A stretch of 63,915 nt of DNA, the filler included, from Folioceros fuciformis (Eukaryota), in assembly GCA_049999805.1 (NCBI GenBank). It is 12 parts of 12 records of this genome, joined end to end, with 100 filler letters (N's around TTAATTAATTAA, not from the genome) between each part and the next. Parts side by side here need not be neighbours in the genome. Positions count along the whole stretch, not along the records: positions 6,088 to 15,187 come from JBNGIO010002234.1; positions 15,288 to 24,198 come from JBNGIO010002235.1; 10 more parts are not named here. One strand, written 5' to 3'. The notes below the pieces were generated by a model. The model had not been told where the DNA came from and searched no databases. It was given only the letters and a program-made list of their open reading frames with translations. A program made the translations under genes and the position numbers. How positions within the stretch are numbered: the stretch's first letter is position 1; each line of letters starts with the position of its first letter. This document shows, one piece after another, positions 9,780 through 22,913 of the stretch.

Positions 9780-12009
9780 TTGGAGCGTGGGCAAAGAGCA
9801 GTAGAAAGGGAGTTGAGGAGGGCACAACCAGGGCACACACCAGCAATGAGGAAGAGAGGGGCAAGCAACCAATTGATCTTGGGGGGATCAATCTCGTTGG
9901 AGCAAGATCCCCAACCTTCAACTGTTGGAGGGGAGCCTAATCCAGGGCAACCTAACCCAAGTCTACTCCTTGGCCTCCATCCTAATCTTGTGCAGGTGAT
10001 TAGGAGTGCAGGGGCTGAAGGATCCAACAACATTAGCATAATTCCAGTTGTTGGATCTGCAACTGCAGTGGTGAGTGCAGGCACCATGGCAGCTCCAACT
10101 GTTGCAATGTCCACCAAGCAGCCGTACCCCTTGTATGGGGAGAAGAAGGGGTATGAGGATCCGAATGAGTTTGTGGAACGGTTCGAATAGTTGACCATTG
10201 CTAACCAGGAATCAGCGGATGCACAGCGCATCCAATTGTTCTATGGTGTGTTGCGTGGAGGGCCTGCCAAGTGGTATCGGAGGGAGTACCTAAAGTCCGG
10301 CACCTTTCCACCAACTTTTGATGTACTGAAGAGGACTTTTTTTGAGCGATTTAGGGGGATAGACGTAGAGGGCTATGTGTTGTCCAAGCTGGAGGTCTTG
10401 AGAAGGAGGAAGGAGACCTTACAGGCCTATGTGGAGAGGTTTCACAGCCTGCGAGATCGTTGTGGGCCTCATTCGGACTTGCAGGCCATCCGGTGGTTTG
10501 CTGGAGGCCTAAGGTCTAACATGGGGGGTCACGTGAAGTTGTTTGCAAAAAAGGATGTGGATAGGGCTATCAAGACAATCCTCAACTATGAGGAGTCTCA
10601 TCCTTGGGGCAAGGGGAAATCTAAGAGGGAGAAGGACAAGAAGAAGAATAGGCCTAGGAAGGGGAAGAAGAAGAGGGAGTCATCCTCCTCGGATGAAGAT
10701 TCCTTTGAGGAGAGCGATTTTTTAGAAGAATCAGCAGCGGGGACCTCTTCATCTTCAATGGAGGAGAGCATGGAGGAGGAGTCCTCGGAGGACGAGCTTG
10801 CCAAGAAAAGAAGGAAGAAGAAGGAGCAAGAGGTGGCTAGGAGGAAGAAGGAGGCAAAGAAGGCCAAGGATATGGCCAAGGCCAAGCAAGAGGTGGAGCA
10901 TGTCAAGAAAGAGGCTGAGGCTGTAGCCAAGAAGGTGGAGCAGCAGGAGTCCAAGATGGAGGAAATGATGAGCAAGTTTGAGAAGTTTCATCTCCATGTT
11001 GTCAAGGAACATGAGAGGAGGAGGGCTGCAACTAGTGGCCGGGCTAATTTGTTTTGCTCCACCTATGGTGAGCAAGGGCACACCAAGACCCATTGTCAAG
11101 GGGCCAAGGTGCACTTGCTGACCTATGAGGGGGAGGAAGAGGAGTGGCCAATGGAGGACTCCTACCAAATTCAGGAGTTTTCCCAAGGGCAGCAATACCC
11201 AAGACAACCCACCCTTCCATTCTACGAAATCCCATGGGCATGGGTGGTCGCAGCAACTAGGTGGGTAGGGTTGCTAATCAAACAGCGGGGGTTGTCCAAT
11301 GCTACAATTGCCGTGGCTTTGGACATTATGCCCAGAACTGTCCATCAGCAACCAGGCAAGCCAATGGGGATTACGATAGGTTGTGTCAAGACTGCAAACA
11401 ACAAGGTCATGTGGTAGGCAGCGTGCTTTGCTTGAACCCTAGGAAGAGTGTGCGGATTGCCCAACCAGCGGTGACAGGGGTGCAGCAAGCAACAACTCAA
11501 GGGGTTGCAATAGCCATGCATGTGGAGGATGCTCTCATGGCTGTTTGGGAGGAGGCTAAGGCTAAGGTGCTTAGGGGGTTGGAAGGCCTAGACACCACAA
11601 AGGAGGGTTACTATGGGGAGGCTGCAGCTATGGCAGTATGCACCTATAGTGGAAGGAGGAGAGGAAAGCAACGGAGTGCCAAGAAGAGGAGGAAGGAAGC
11701 TAAATCGACTGCAGGACCAGAGGAGGAAGGGAAGGGCGCTCCAAACGTGGAAGAGTCAGGCCATGAGGATGGAGACAAGGGGAGGCAGACCTTCGAGAGG
11801 GAAAAACCAGGGATTGAAAAGGAAGCAGCTCCAGCAAAGGAAGGAAACGTGGAATTTTCACCAGATGTATGAGGAGAGGTTATGGACATGATCCAGGAAG
11901 AGCTGGATAAGGCAGCAAAGGTGGCAAGACCCGTGGCTGCAAGTGAGCGACCTAGGGAGGTGGCAACTGTGACTAAAAGCACAGCCGATGTAGGGTTATT
12001 AAAGCCCAA
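9780..12009 (+). pseudogene. Ty3/gypsy gag with K/E/S-rich linker and zinc knuckles (disrupted)
   Basis: YEDPNEFVERFE*...LRGGPAKWY gag motifs; CYNCRGFGHYAQNC and CQDCKQQGH knuckles; stop at 10188 and a frameshift near 11230. Confidence 0.85.
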
Positions 12010-12288
12010 TGTGATTAGACTAATGTGGTAAGTCTAAGATTAGCGTCTAGTTAAGTATCATTAGTTTAGATTACCTTAAGCTAATATGTAGGAAGCTTCT
12101 TGCGCAGCTTCCTGTCCGCTTCTTGTGAAGCTTCCTAGAGAGCTCTTTTAGAGGGTATAAATACCCCCTTGAGCTCCCTTGCAATGAGAGACTTTGTGTG
12201 AGAGTGTGACCTCTCTTTCTCCTCTCCTCCTTGCTTCCTCCTCTCCTCTTTCACCATGTGGCTCCTCTTGCGATCCTAGCATTCAACA
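12010..12288 (+). repeat. Probable short LTR
   Basis: TG...CA ends, TATAAATA near 12156 followed by a CT-rich tract; no TSD seen. Confidence 0.5.
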
Positions 12289-12289
12289 A

Positions 12290-13700
12290 AATAAGAGCTT
12301 TAGCATCATCTTCAGCCCTCACATCCAACTCCAAGTACTAGTCACCTCAACAGCTGAAAGGAGGCCCCAGCCCCAACCTCGGCCTCCACTCTTAGCCCTA
12401 AGTACCAGCCACCTCAGCAGCTGAATGAGACCTCCAGCGCCTAAACTCAATGCTCTAGCACTTCCACTCTCCACTTGAGCACTTCAGCCCTTCACTCCAA
12501 CACTTCAGTCCTTTAGCTCTTCACTCCTTCACTCCCACACTTCACTCCTGGATTTTGGAACACAATAGCCTTCCCACTTGCAGTCCTTGAGGCAGGGGTG
12601 AGTAGGCCCGGGCTGGATAGCCTTCATGGCTCAAAGCCCTGCAACCCTTTGCTTGGAAACCCCCTAGGGACATCCAGATACCCCAACCGACATGCAAGAA
12701 AGGTCAGCCCTTGCGGATCTGGCCACCTAGATCTTAGCAATTTTGGGAGCCACCACGCTCCCCTAGTGACACGGGGAATCAAGTCCGAGGTGCATCCGCG
12801 CACTAGATCAACCCTCTAATCCAACAGCCTGCACACAAGGACAAGGGAGCTCACACCAAAAAAACTCTCCCTTCAATGTCAGGCCTAGCCTCTTATACTA
12901 CCTTGGCCAGGAACCCCTATCACTGCCTAACCAGGTCAGCATGCCTCATACAGAACTCTCCACTCGTCAAAACCCTAAACCTAACTCTGACCTAATCCTA
13001 GCCCTAACTCTGAGCTAACCCTAACTTTGACCTAACCTTAATCCAACCTAATCCTAACCCCGACCTAAGACGGTTTGTGCCCCTTTGACACCACTAGTTG
13101 CCCCTACCAAAAATCACCAACCTCTCAAAACTACCAAAAATTGTCAGTGCCTCTCAACTCTCTCCTCTCCTCTCTCAGATCATCCCTTTCCCTCAGACCA
13201 TCCTGCAACCCTTCAAAACCTCCACCTTCTTCTGATCCTCCCACCCCCCATCCTGCTGGTAGGAGGCCCATGACCCGGCATAGCTACCCATCTAGTACCC
13301 CTGAGGAGGTAACCTTGTAAACATGGCACCTGAAAGTGACATCCCCCCAATCCCTTGTCCCCATAATTATCATCAGGCTTCCTGCCTACGAGCAGCACGT
13401 TTGTATTAGGCTTTCTGCCTACGAGCAGCCAGACGTGTTGCTTGTGGACGGAAAGCCAAATGCTACTTATGTCATCTGGCCACTCGTAGGAGGAGTGCAT
13501 TACTCCTAGCTCCGATAGCTGGATGGGGTAGTTCGCAGGTCCTTCAACCTGTCTCAGCTCTGTCTGCACGCATTCTCATGGAGGGCTGCACCACCGACCA
13601 TTGTCCAGGCCACCGTGGCCTTCCTGCTCGGAGCCAGACTCAAGTTGCTTTCCATCCACCTTGTTCCTGAATCTCCAACTTCCAACCCCGCCTCCTTGAT
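12290..13700 (-). repeat. LTR family A copy plus adjoining sequence
   Basis: 12300-13070 matches 24590-25290 and 55300-55840 directly. Confidence 0.8.
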
Positions 13701-13759
13701 CCAATCTTTAGGGGACTCGTGCCCGGCGGCTGAGCTTGGCCCTTTTTCACATTAGCTAG

Positions 13760-15088
13760 CCGCCGTCTGCGCGGCCACCTTGCTGACTAGTCCGCCTGGC
13801 TGCCAACGCCCGCCGCCTACTTGGATCCAGCCCGGATCTGGCCCTTGCAGCCTAGCTGCTTTTGCCGTGATTCAACCAGCCCGTTGACTGGCCACAATCC
13901 AGCCACCCGCCTAGCTGCCTGGACCCATTGTCCCTGCTTGGATTCCACAGGCAACCTGCTTGAGACCCTGCCGCCATCCAGCCATCTGCCAGGATCCCGA
14001 TCCAGCCCGCTTGGTGCCTGCTAGCCAGCCATCCTGCCAAACACGATCTATGCCAGCTTGCCAAACACGATCCAGGCCCGCCTGCCATGGTTGCCTGGAT
14101 CCTGCCATCCCGGCCCCACTCAGTCTCAGTGATCCGGCCAAGCTTAGATTCGCCATCAACCAGCCAACCTGCTAGGCTGATCCTGGCACCCGCTTGCTTG
14201 GAGCGCCGGTCACCTGGATGCCAGCGCCCCCTCTAATCCACCTAGACGACTGAATCCGGCCCTAGCCGTCTAGAGTCCTACCTCTGGCTAGCCTTCAGTG
14301 CCAACTAGGCCGCCCGCACCAAGGCCTCACACCAGCCTCCTGCCTTCCGAATCCGGCCAGACAGCTAGCTTGCCTGGCATGTCCACCTGTTGGGTTCGCC
14401 TGCCTAGAGGCCGGAAGCCAGCCTGCTTGGCTGCTTAGGTTCTCGCAGCCAGGCCACTGCCCGGTTCCCGGATCCGGCCCCGGCCGCCCACCTGCGCCCC
14501 GCCTGAGCCTCCCCTGCTAGCCAGCCCTTGTCTGGCCCAGCCTCGACCAGCTGGCCGGTTCTGCTAGCCAGAGCCGCTACGGCCCAACCTCCTGCCAGGC
14601 CGCCTACCGGGCGGCCTGCTCCTCAGCACTGATGCCTGGGCGGGCCGCTTGCACCAGCTTGTCCGGTCAGTTGGCTAGCTGGATCTGGCTCGCAAGGCAG
14701 CCAGACCCGACAGCCAAGCCCTTGCCATCCTTTGGCAGCCAACGTAACCAGCCGGTCAACCTAGCTGGTTGCACCGCCGAGCCGCTGCTAGCCCAGCCAT
14801 CCTCCAAGCTGCCAGCTAGGCCGGCCTGCCCTCTTGGATCTGGCCAGGCAGCCAGCCCACAGGGCCGCCTGTTGCCTGCCTGCAGCCAAGCCGTTGCTGG
14901 CCCAGACCCAGGCGGGATCCACACCGCCGTTGGCTCTAGCCTTGACAGCTGGCCAGCCCGTCTGATCGCACAGCCGAGCTGCCGCCTGACTCATGCCCTT
15001 CCCGCTTTTCGCCTGCAGCCGGCCTGATCCAACTGGGTCCACAGCCCGGATCCGGCCCCCTGGCTGGATAGATCCGCCTGTAGCCGAC
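13760..15088. repeat. GC-rich degenerate repeat tract
   Basis: Dense recurrent ggatccggcc / gctagccagcc / cctgcc words; no credible ORF. Confidence 0.55.
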
Positions 15089-15089
15089 A

Positions 15090-15187
15090 GTGAACCTCCA
15101 AAGTTTGGGGTAGTAGTTTGTTTTGGTTGAAAAAGGGTTAATAGTGGTATGGTTTGGTTTTCTTTTTCAACTTATTTTTCCTAATTT
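15090..15187 (+). repeat. Gypsy 3' non-coding segment shared with 61643-61740
   Basis: gtgaacctccaaagtttggggtagt...gggttaatagtggtatggtttgg nearly identical in both places. Confidence 0.9.
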
Positions 15188-15287
15188 NNNNNNNNNNNNN
15201 NNNNNNNNNNNNNNNNNNNNNNNNNNNNNNNTTAATTAATTAANNNNNNNNNNNNNNNNNNNNNNNNNNNNNNNNNNNNNNNNNNNN
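15188..15287. other. Artificial contig linker
   Basis: 44N-TTAATTAATTAA-44N. Confidence 0.99.
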
Positions 15288-15479
15288 CTCTCCACGGGTT
15301 AGCTAAACGACTGTTCGCTTTCTGAACTCCACCACCACTATCTCCAGATTAGCCTATCTAACCTAGTCCTATCTAACCTAGTTTCCTAAACTACCCTTCC
15401 AAGGAATTCAATCAAAACTCAAAAAAAAAACAACCACTACCATTTTTCTAGGGGGTCCATTCGTCATGTGGACTCCACA
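15288..15479 (-). repeat. LTR family A-related terminus
   Basis: Ends catgtggactccaca like 25403 and 55996; truncates a copia integrase. Confidence 0.65.
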
Positions 15480-17965
15480 CTCCCCATAGTGATTGTGTGG
15501 ACATAGGTCCACATATGTCCGAGTGGACAACCTCCTGGAGGGTAGTAGCCATGGTTGGTTCAGGATCATTATAAGGTTTCTGTGTTATCTTTCCATATTG
15601 GCAACTCTCGCAGAAGGTGCCATCCTCAACTGTGAGGGTAAGTTCATCTTTTGTATAGTTCTGGATGCTGCACAATTCTTTGTAGGAAAGCTGGACTTGG
15701 GTGGCATAAGCGACAGCGCCATAGAAAAGTAGGACTAACATTTGGCTTTGCATCAGAAACATTCACATGATGTTTAAATTCTGGAGTGACTTGCAGTTGA
15801 AAGAGACCATGGTATGGGACTCCTATAGCTAATACAAGTGAGTTGTGATATGTTGGTGTTAAGGTACATGAACCTAGTTTGAAAATTAACTGAAATGGAT
15901 GCTCAGAGGTAAGCTTATGAACTGATAACAGATTTTTTGTCATGTGTGGAACATGCAGAACTTCAAGTAGAATGACCTATTGTCCACGATTGAACCACCT
16001 ATTGTCTAGTTGCGCCTGAGTCAAGAAACCACATTGATTTTTCTGCCTTGCTAAGTGACAAACAGACTGCAAGTATAGCTAATGCCTTGTTGTCAGGATT
16101 TGGTCTAACTACATTAGTTTTTGCTACATGACGACGAGGTTCTCCTGCAAGTTTCTTTCGACATTCATGCTCATAGTGACCGGGTATACGACACCAATTG
16201 CAGGGTCCTTTAGTCTTCCGCTGTCATGATGTGGAGCTATTTCTAGGTCCAATATGAGAGTGCCTAGGCCTAAAGTCCCCTCTTCCACGTCCTTTGCCCC
16301 TGGAGGTGTAAAGAACATGTTGCTGTTGATGGGAGGAGGAAGCACAACTTGTTCCCATTCTGCTTGATTCTTCTTCAAGCAGGGCTCCAATTATCTCTGA
16401 TAAGGTAATGGCTGGAGCATGTCCAGCAGGTGCTGCTTTTGCAGCTGGTCTTAATATTGAAGCCTGAGGACTAACTATAGTACAATAGCTTGTGGGAAGA
16501 GATAAGAGCAGAATGTTGGCAGCTTGAAGTTCTGATAATGTGGATCCAGCTGGATCAGTAGAAGCAAGCTTGGCCCTCAAAGTCCAAAACCTATGCACGT
16601 AGTGCTCTATGGTATCCGTCTCTTTCATTCTAAGTATGTATAATTGCCGGGTAACGTTGAGATGAGCCATAGGGTCTTTAGCAGAAAACATGTCTTTGAA
16701 GACTATCCATACTGCAGTAGCTGTTGTTTGGCCTTGATTATGGGGCATCATGTTCCTGTCTAGGGCGGAAACCAAGATGTTTATGGCCCTTTTGTCTTTT
16801 TTGTGCCATGCTGATATAACTAAGGTAGCTGGGCTGCTAGCAGTAGGCTTAAGCTTAGGCTTAGGCTTAGGCTTAGGTTTAGGTGTGACAAGTCTAGCTA
16901 GAGTCCCACCAACGACATCCATTAGTCCCTGTTCTTCTAGGATGGCTGTCATTCTCATTTCCCAAGTGGCCTAATCATTCCCATTAAATCTATCTTGTCC
17001 TTAATTTCTATTATAGGAGAAGGGAGACTACTAGCTGTAGTAGATAACTGTGCAACATTAGTTCCCATGGTGTAATGATGCTAGGGTTATGTGTCCCTAC
17101 AGGATTTGGCTATCCTTGGTAATTAGATCAAAATCTAACATAGAGGCTAGACCTATAAGAGTCATCTCTACAGGCTCTGGTAGGTTTTTGTAAGAAACAA
17201 GATCTACATGTTCAGGTAGAGGTTCATATGCCAATTTAGGTGTAATTGGCTGGTAAGACACTACGGGATCTCGTGCAGAGTAAATGGGTGACTCTACTTT
17301 GGATCTAGAAGCTTCTGAAATTTCAAAACGATGAAATTGGCTTTCTAGTTGTTTGAGGGTTTAGGGTTTTATTTGCTTTTGTAGCATAAAATTATCAAAT
17401 TTTGTCTTACGTTGGTTTGTGTAAACCTCTTTTGCTCATGCCTGGAGTTTGTTTTGTATAGAAATAATAGGATTCTAAGATCTATAAATGTCTTGAGTAT
17501 CTCAATTATGATGAACTCCCGCGGAGGGAGAATGACAAAATCTATTATTGCAAGTGTTTTTAAAGCAACAAGAGAGACTTGTAGATGTCTGGGGTAGGTG
17601 ACACCTACAAAACTGATGGTTCTTTGTCATTTCCCTTTTCTGCAAATTAGTCCTTTAAAGAATACATCAATAGATGCAAGAAAACTGTCATTTTACTCAT
17701 TTTGTTTTTCTTGATTTGTTCAGCAGTTGGAAAAAAACTTCCATGAGGCCTAGATTGGTGGCGCCTCTTCATACACAATTGGTCTGTTGAAATAGAAAAT
17801 TAGATTTCCATGAAGTTTGTTAAATTGTTAGTGATGCTTGTTTATAGGTGGAGGGCCTTATGTTGGGCACAAGATGCAGTGGCCATCTGGATGATGGTAA
17901 CTAAAATATTGCGCCCAATTATAGGTCTCTCCACAGGCACTCTAGCATTGCTAGCTCTGATACCA
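15480..17965 (-). mobile_element. Degenerate Ty1/copia 5' half (PBS, long leader, gag, PR, GAG-pre-integrase, INT start)
   Basis: gag ORF 16224-16958, CNWCRIPGHYEHEC, WFLDSGATR, WRCRLCHPS, VVHSDICGPM; PBS at 17954. Confidence 0.9.
17954..17965 (-). promoter_or_regulatory. Primer binding site (tRNA-iMet)
   Basis: TGGTATCAGAGC on minus strand. Confidence 0.8.
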
Positions 17966-18234
17966 TAAACAGTTATGGTATGCACAAGCTCTTTGGAATC
18001 ATCCCATAATTGCATAAAGAAGAATGTAAAATAAGCAAGTATGTGTGGTACAAGAAGTAGGTGCAAAGAGTCGTGACCGTTTATAACCTAAATGAAAAAA
18101 GTGCAACTATAACTTAAGTAGCGTTTCATAATAACTCTTTCCTATATAACTCTAACCTAATATAATAATTAGTTTGGGATGCATAATAAATAATTACTTA
18201 TTTCTACATACATAATCAACCACTAGCTAATTTG

Positions 18235-20500
18235 TGTTCTTAGGTAACGACAGTGGATTATCCATAGAAGGATCAGGGCAAGTCCTGCTTACCTTAATCG
18301 TGGACAACATGTCATCTTACTTGGAGTCCTACATGTTCCACATTTGACAAAAAATCTGTTATCAATTCATAAGCTTACAACTAAGCATCCACTATAGTTA
18401 ATTTTTAAACCAGTCCTGCACCCTAACACTAGCAAATAAGAACTCACTTGTATTAGAAGTAGGAGTCCCATGCCATGGTCTCTATAGTCTGCAAATTACA
18501 ACACTAGAATCATTACATAAGGCCAATGTTGCTGATGCAAAGCCCAATGTTAGTCCTACTTTCCTATGGCACTATCGCCTATGCCACCCAAGTCCAGCTT
18601 TTCTATAGAGAGTCGTTCAACATCCAAAACTATACAAAGATGGACTTACCCTTACACTTGAAGATGGCACCTTCTGCAAGAGCTGTCAATATGGAAAGAA
18701 AACGTAGAAACCTTATAATGATCCTGAACCAACCAAAGCTACTACACTGCTGGAATTTGTCCATTCTGACATTTGTGGACCCATATCCACACAATCTCTA
18801 GGGGGAGTCATCTATTTCTTATCTTTTATGGAAGAATGGAGTCATTATTGCCAGCTCTATTATTTACATAGCCGCCAGCATACTTATGCCAAGTTTGTCG
18901 AATATGTGGCTTTGGTTGAAGCTCAAACGGGATGCACCATCAAGCGTTTATGACGTGACAATGCCAAGGAATATGTGAGCGGAGAATTCAGTGCTTTCTG
19001 CAGAAAAAAGGGCATAATACACTAGTTAAGAGTTCAATATCATCTACCCCAAAATCCATTTGCAAAGTCCTATAATAGGACTTTAGAAGAAAGGACAAGA
19101 GCCACATTCACTTTGGCAGGACTTACCAAGGGATATTGGACGAAGGCCTACTAGTAGACTATGTTAATTATGTCACCAAGAGGTTGCCTCTAAAGCCTTT
19201 CTATGACACCACACCCTTAGAGAGATGGACTAGTCACAAACCTCGTATCAGTCACCTTCGAATCTTCAGAGCAGCAGCCTATGCTTATATACCAACAAAT
19301 AAGTGAAGAAAGATGACAACAAAGCCACAAAGCATATATCCATTGGCTATTCCGATACGGTGAAAGGATACAAGCTCTATAATCCCTCTACCATGGAGCT
19401 ATCCATAGCACGTAGTGTAAGCTTTAATGAATCTTATATCATGCAATCCCACAAGAAGTTAGTATCCAATTATGACACTCTGTCTGCAATCACCATACAT
19501 GGCCATACACCTTTACATGAAGATAGTTTACCTGATTCAGATTTAGACAGTGACCATGTGATTTTTGAGCCAGAGACAGCTGCAGTTTTGCCTGTAGCTC
19601 TTGCTCCACTTGGTCATGATAATGATCAGCTTGATGAGGCCATTGTCCAAGTTGATGAGGTTGAGATGGATCCAGCAAAACCTGATATACCAATTCAACT
19701 TGGACATAATAAACCACTCGAACATGAGCATAATTATGCTGAACAACCATGTCATGCATAATTTTGCTGAATAGCCAACTACACAGGATTTGGCCAGAGA
19801 TGAACCAATTCCTCTACGACGCTCAACTTGAATACATAGACCACGTTAAGAATGGCTAAATCCTCATATGAACCTTTCAGCTTCCGCATCAGACTCTGCT
19901 AGGGAAAGTATTGAACATATAGCTCGACACATGGCTTATACTATTATGGAACCACCTGATACTTTAATGACCTACAAGGAGGCTCTTGCCTCACAACAAA
20001 AATCAAATTGGCAAAAGACAATTGACAGCGAATATAAATCACTCATGGACAACCAAACATGGAAACTGGTTAGATTACCTCCAGGCCGTAAGGCAATTAC
20101 CTCCAAGCAAGTTTTTAAGTTGAAGCTAAACCCGGAGGGTTATGTTGCCTGCTACAAGGCAGGTTTGGTTGCCATAGGATTCACACAAGTACAAGGGCAT
20201 GATTATAACGAGACTTTCAATCCCGTGGTGAAGCCCACCTCTATGAGGATACTCCTTTGCTATGCTATTCAACACAATTTACTAGTCCACCAAGTGGATG
20301 TTAAAACAACCTTTTTAAACGATCCCCTAGATGAGACCATCTTCACGACACACCCAGAAGGATATGTGTTAGATCCAGACCTTGTGTGTGAACTATTGAA
20401 GTCATTATATGGGTTGAAACAATTAGCTCGCATATAGAATGGACGAGCTGACAAGAAGCTTCCATCTTTAGGTTTAGAACCTCTTACAACAGATTGTAAC
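18235..20500 (+). mobile_element. Degenerate Ty1/copia pol (PR end, INT, RT)
   Basis: WHYRLCHPS, VHSDICGP, IGYSDTVKGYKLY, TWKLVRLPPGRK, QVDVKTTFL, KSLYGLKQ; 18293-18808 is an inverted paralogue of 15480-15995. Confidence 0.92.
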
Positions 20501-20504
20501 CACT

Positions 20505-22913
20505 TGTAATAAATTGCATGTAAAATTTCCTATTAGTAGGAAGCAAAATTATATCTTAAGCTACATTCCATTTCTTATATTAAGCATTATATTAAAGTAC
20601 AAAGATAAGTGTTTCTTTTATGGGTGCCTCAGGCACCTCTTCACTAGGGGTGTGATCGTTTGGGGTAATACTGGGATTAACCTAACTTAAACTGACTGCT
20701 AACTGGGGGTATGGATTACTTAACAAAAGAAACTATTCCTAACACTCCATGTTAAGTGAGACATAACCTAATTCAGCAATCAAGAGCTTAATGACAACCA
20801 TGCTCCCTCTTACGAACGAGTCTTCCTTTGTACTTGGGCGATAGGGAGGTAGGGTGTGTAATCTACAAGTCCCATTCTCTACATGTGCTGATAATGTCGC
20901 AACTTGGGTAGACCCTTTGTCAAGATGTCTACCAAGTTATCTTCAGTAGGTACATAGCCAGCTTGTACCACCCTGCGCTCCACAACATCATGAATGTAGT
21001 GATGCTGAATCTCAATATGTTTTGTCTTGGCATGAAATTTGGGGTTAGAAATGAGCGCCAGAGCTAGCATATTATCACAATGAAGGGGTGTGGGCTGATC
21101 TTGCTTCTGGCCAATATCGGATAGAAAAGCCCTCTCCCATTCAGCTTCCTTGGAGGCATCAATAAGAGACTTGTATTTGGCCTCCGTGGAAGAGAGTGCT
21201 ATGGAGGTTTGCTTCTTGCAGCTCCAGTTCACTATGGCTGAGGATAGGAAGAAACAGTGCGCGCTCAAACTCTTCCTTGAGTCTGGGTCAGATGCCCAGT
21301 CGGCATCTGTATAGCCGGTAAGAGTGAGCTTGCATGTTCCTCCGCTTTGGTATGCCAGCCCATATATTATGGTTCCCTTTAAGAAGCGAAACACCCTCTT
21401 GACGGCAGGCCAGTGTGCCTTGCTAGGCGACCCTAGAAATTGGGATACTGTGGAAACAAAGTATTGGATGTCGGGCCTTGTCCAACCACTGACGAAAAGG
21501 AGGCTGCCTACAGCATGGCAATAGGGAATCCCTTGCATCTCTTTGGCTTCCTCTTCCGTCCGTGAGCACTAATCAAATGTAAGTTTGGTGCCCACGGCAT
21601 AGGGTGTGGATGCTGGCCTGGCTTGATCCAACTTGAACTTTCGTAGTATCTCATTAATATACTTGAACTGGTGGATGACTAGTCTCCCTTCTGCTCTATT
21701 CTTGAGTATTTGGATACCAAGGCAGAACTGGAGCTCACCTATATCCTTCATTTCAAAGCGAGCGCTCAGGAGTTGCTTAACCTCTGCCAGCATATCAGGG
21801 TTGTTTGCTGCAAGAATGAGGTCATCAACATAGAGAGTAAGGACCACAAAATGAGGGCCTCAGGACAGCTTGTACACATTGCCATCAGCTGTGCTCTGGG
21901 CAAAAGAGACGCTCGAGAGGTAGGCGTGCATGGTGGTATACCAAACCGAGCCACTTTGGTTAAGGCCGTAGATGCACTTCCTAAGCCTTAGGACTGTGCC
22001 TGGATGTTGCTTGCTGACATAGCCTTCAGGCTGCTCCATATAGAGCTCCTCGTCCAGGTTGCCGTAAAGAAAGGCAGTCTTTACATCCATTTGGTTGAGC
22101 TCTAGGTTGAGCTCGGCGGCAAGTGCAAGCAAAATTTGGATGGATTGAGCACGTACGACAGGAGAGAAGGTCTCCTGATAGTCGAGGCCTTCAACTTGGG
22201 AGAACACATGAGCTACCAGTCGAGCTTTGAAGCGAGCTACCTAGGCTTGGGCATTCAACTTCAGCTTGAACGTCCATGTACACAAGATGGGCGTCCTCCC
22301 AAGAGGCGGGTCGACAAGCTCCCAAGTTTTGTTCTGAACCAAACTTTGGTATTCGTCCTCCACTGCGAGCCGCCACTGGGAGGACTTGGGGCCAGTGAGT
22401 GCTTGGGTCAAAGTAGTTGGCTCCTCAGGTAGAGAGGAGGAAGAGGTCAAAGCAGCGAAGAGGGAACTAAAAGCAGTCCAAAAATCCACTGACTGATAGG
22501 GTGGCTCAGCCCACTGGGATAGCGCTGGCCGGTGACGGGTGCTGCGGCGAAGGCCAGGAGCTGGTGCAGGATCTGGCATAGGTGGCACAATAGGCCCCGG
22601 CTCACCTTCGTCTGACATAAGAGGTGGAGTGGCCAATGGTGTTCCATCAAGGACATCGACGTCAGGTGCTGGCAACAAGTCACCAGCAGCATTGTCAATG
22701 GTGAGGTGGGTCACCAAAAGCACCAGTATGGTCTTCAGGTGGGAAGGCCTGAAAGGATGGATAGCCGTCCTCAACATCCGAGTCGGCATCCACTATGTGA
22801 GAAGTGCTAGGGTTACCATCCTTCGGAGGGAAGCTTGATAAAGGGTCTAAGTCAGGGGGAACTGGGTCTTCGGCCGAAGTGGCTCCCTCCAAAGCTGTCT
22901 TAGCAAGCTCCAT
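20505..22913 (-). mobile_element. Degenerate Ty1/copia RT-RNase H with probable 3' LTR (about 20505-20744)
   Basis: QMDVKTAFLYG, LYVDDLIL, GYTDADWA, KTKHIEIQHHY; GGAG|TGTTAG at 20744 on minus; LTR limits tentative. Confidence 0.9.

Noticed and set aside
10598-11207. Antisense ORFs over the gag K/E-rich linker (similarly over CFAP45)
   Set aside because: Shadow ORFs of low-complexity coding strands
17971-18136. Possible second AG...CT LTR (AGTTAT...ATAACT)
   Set aside because: 5 nt from the PBS, several alternative ends in AT-rich DNA and no second copy
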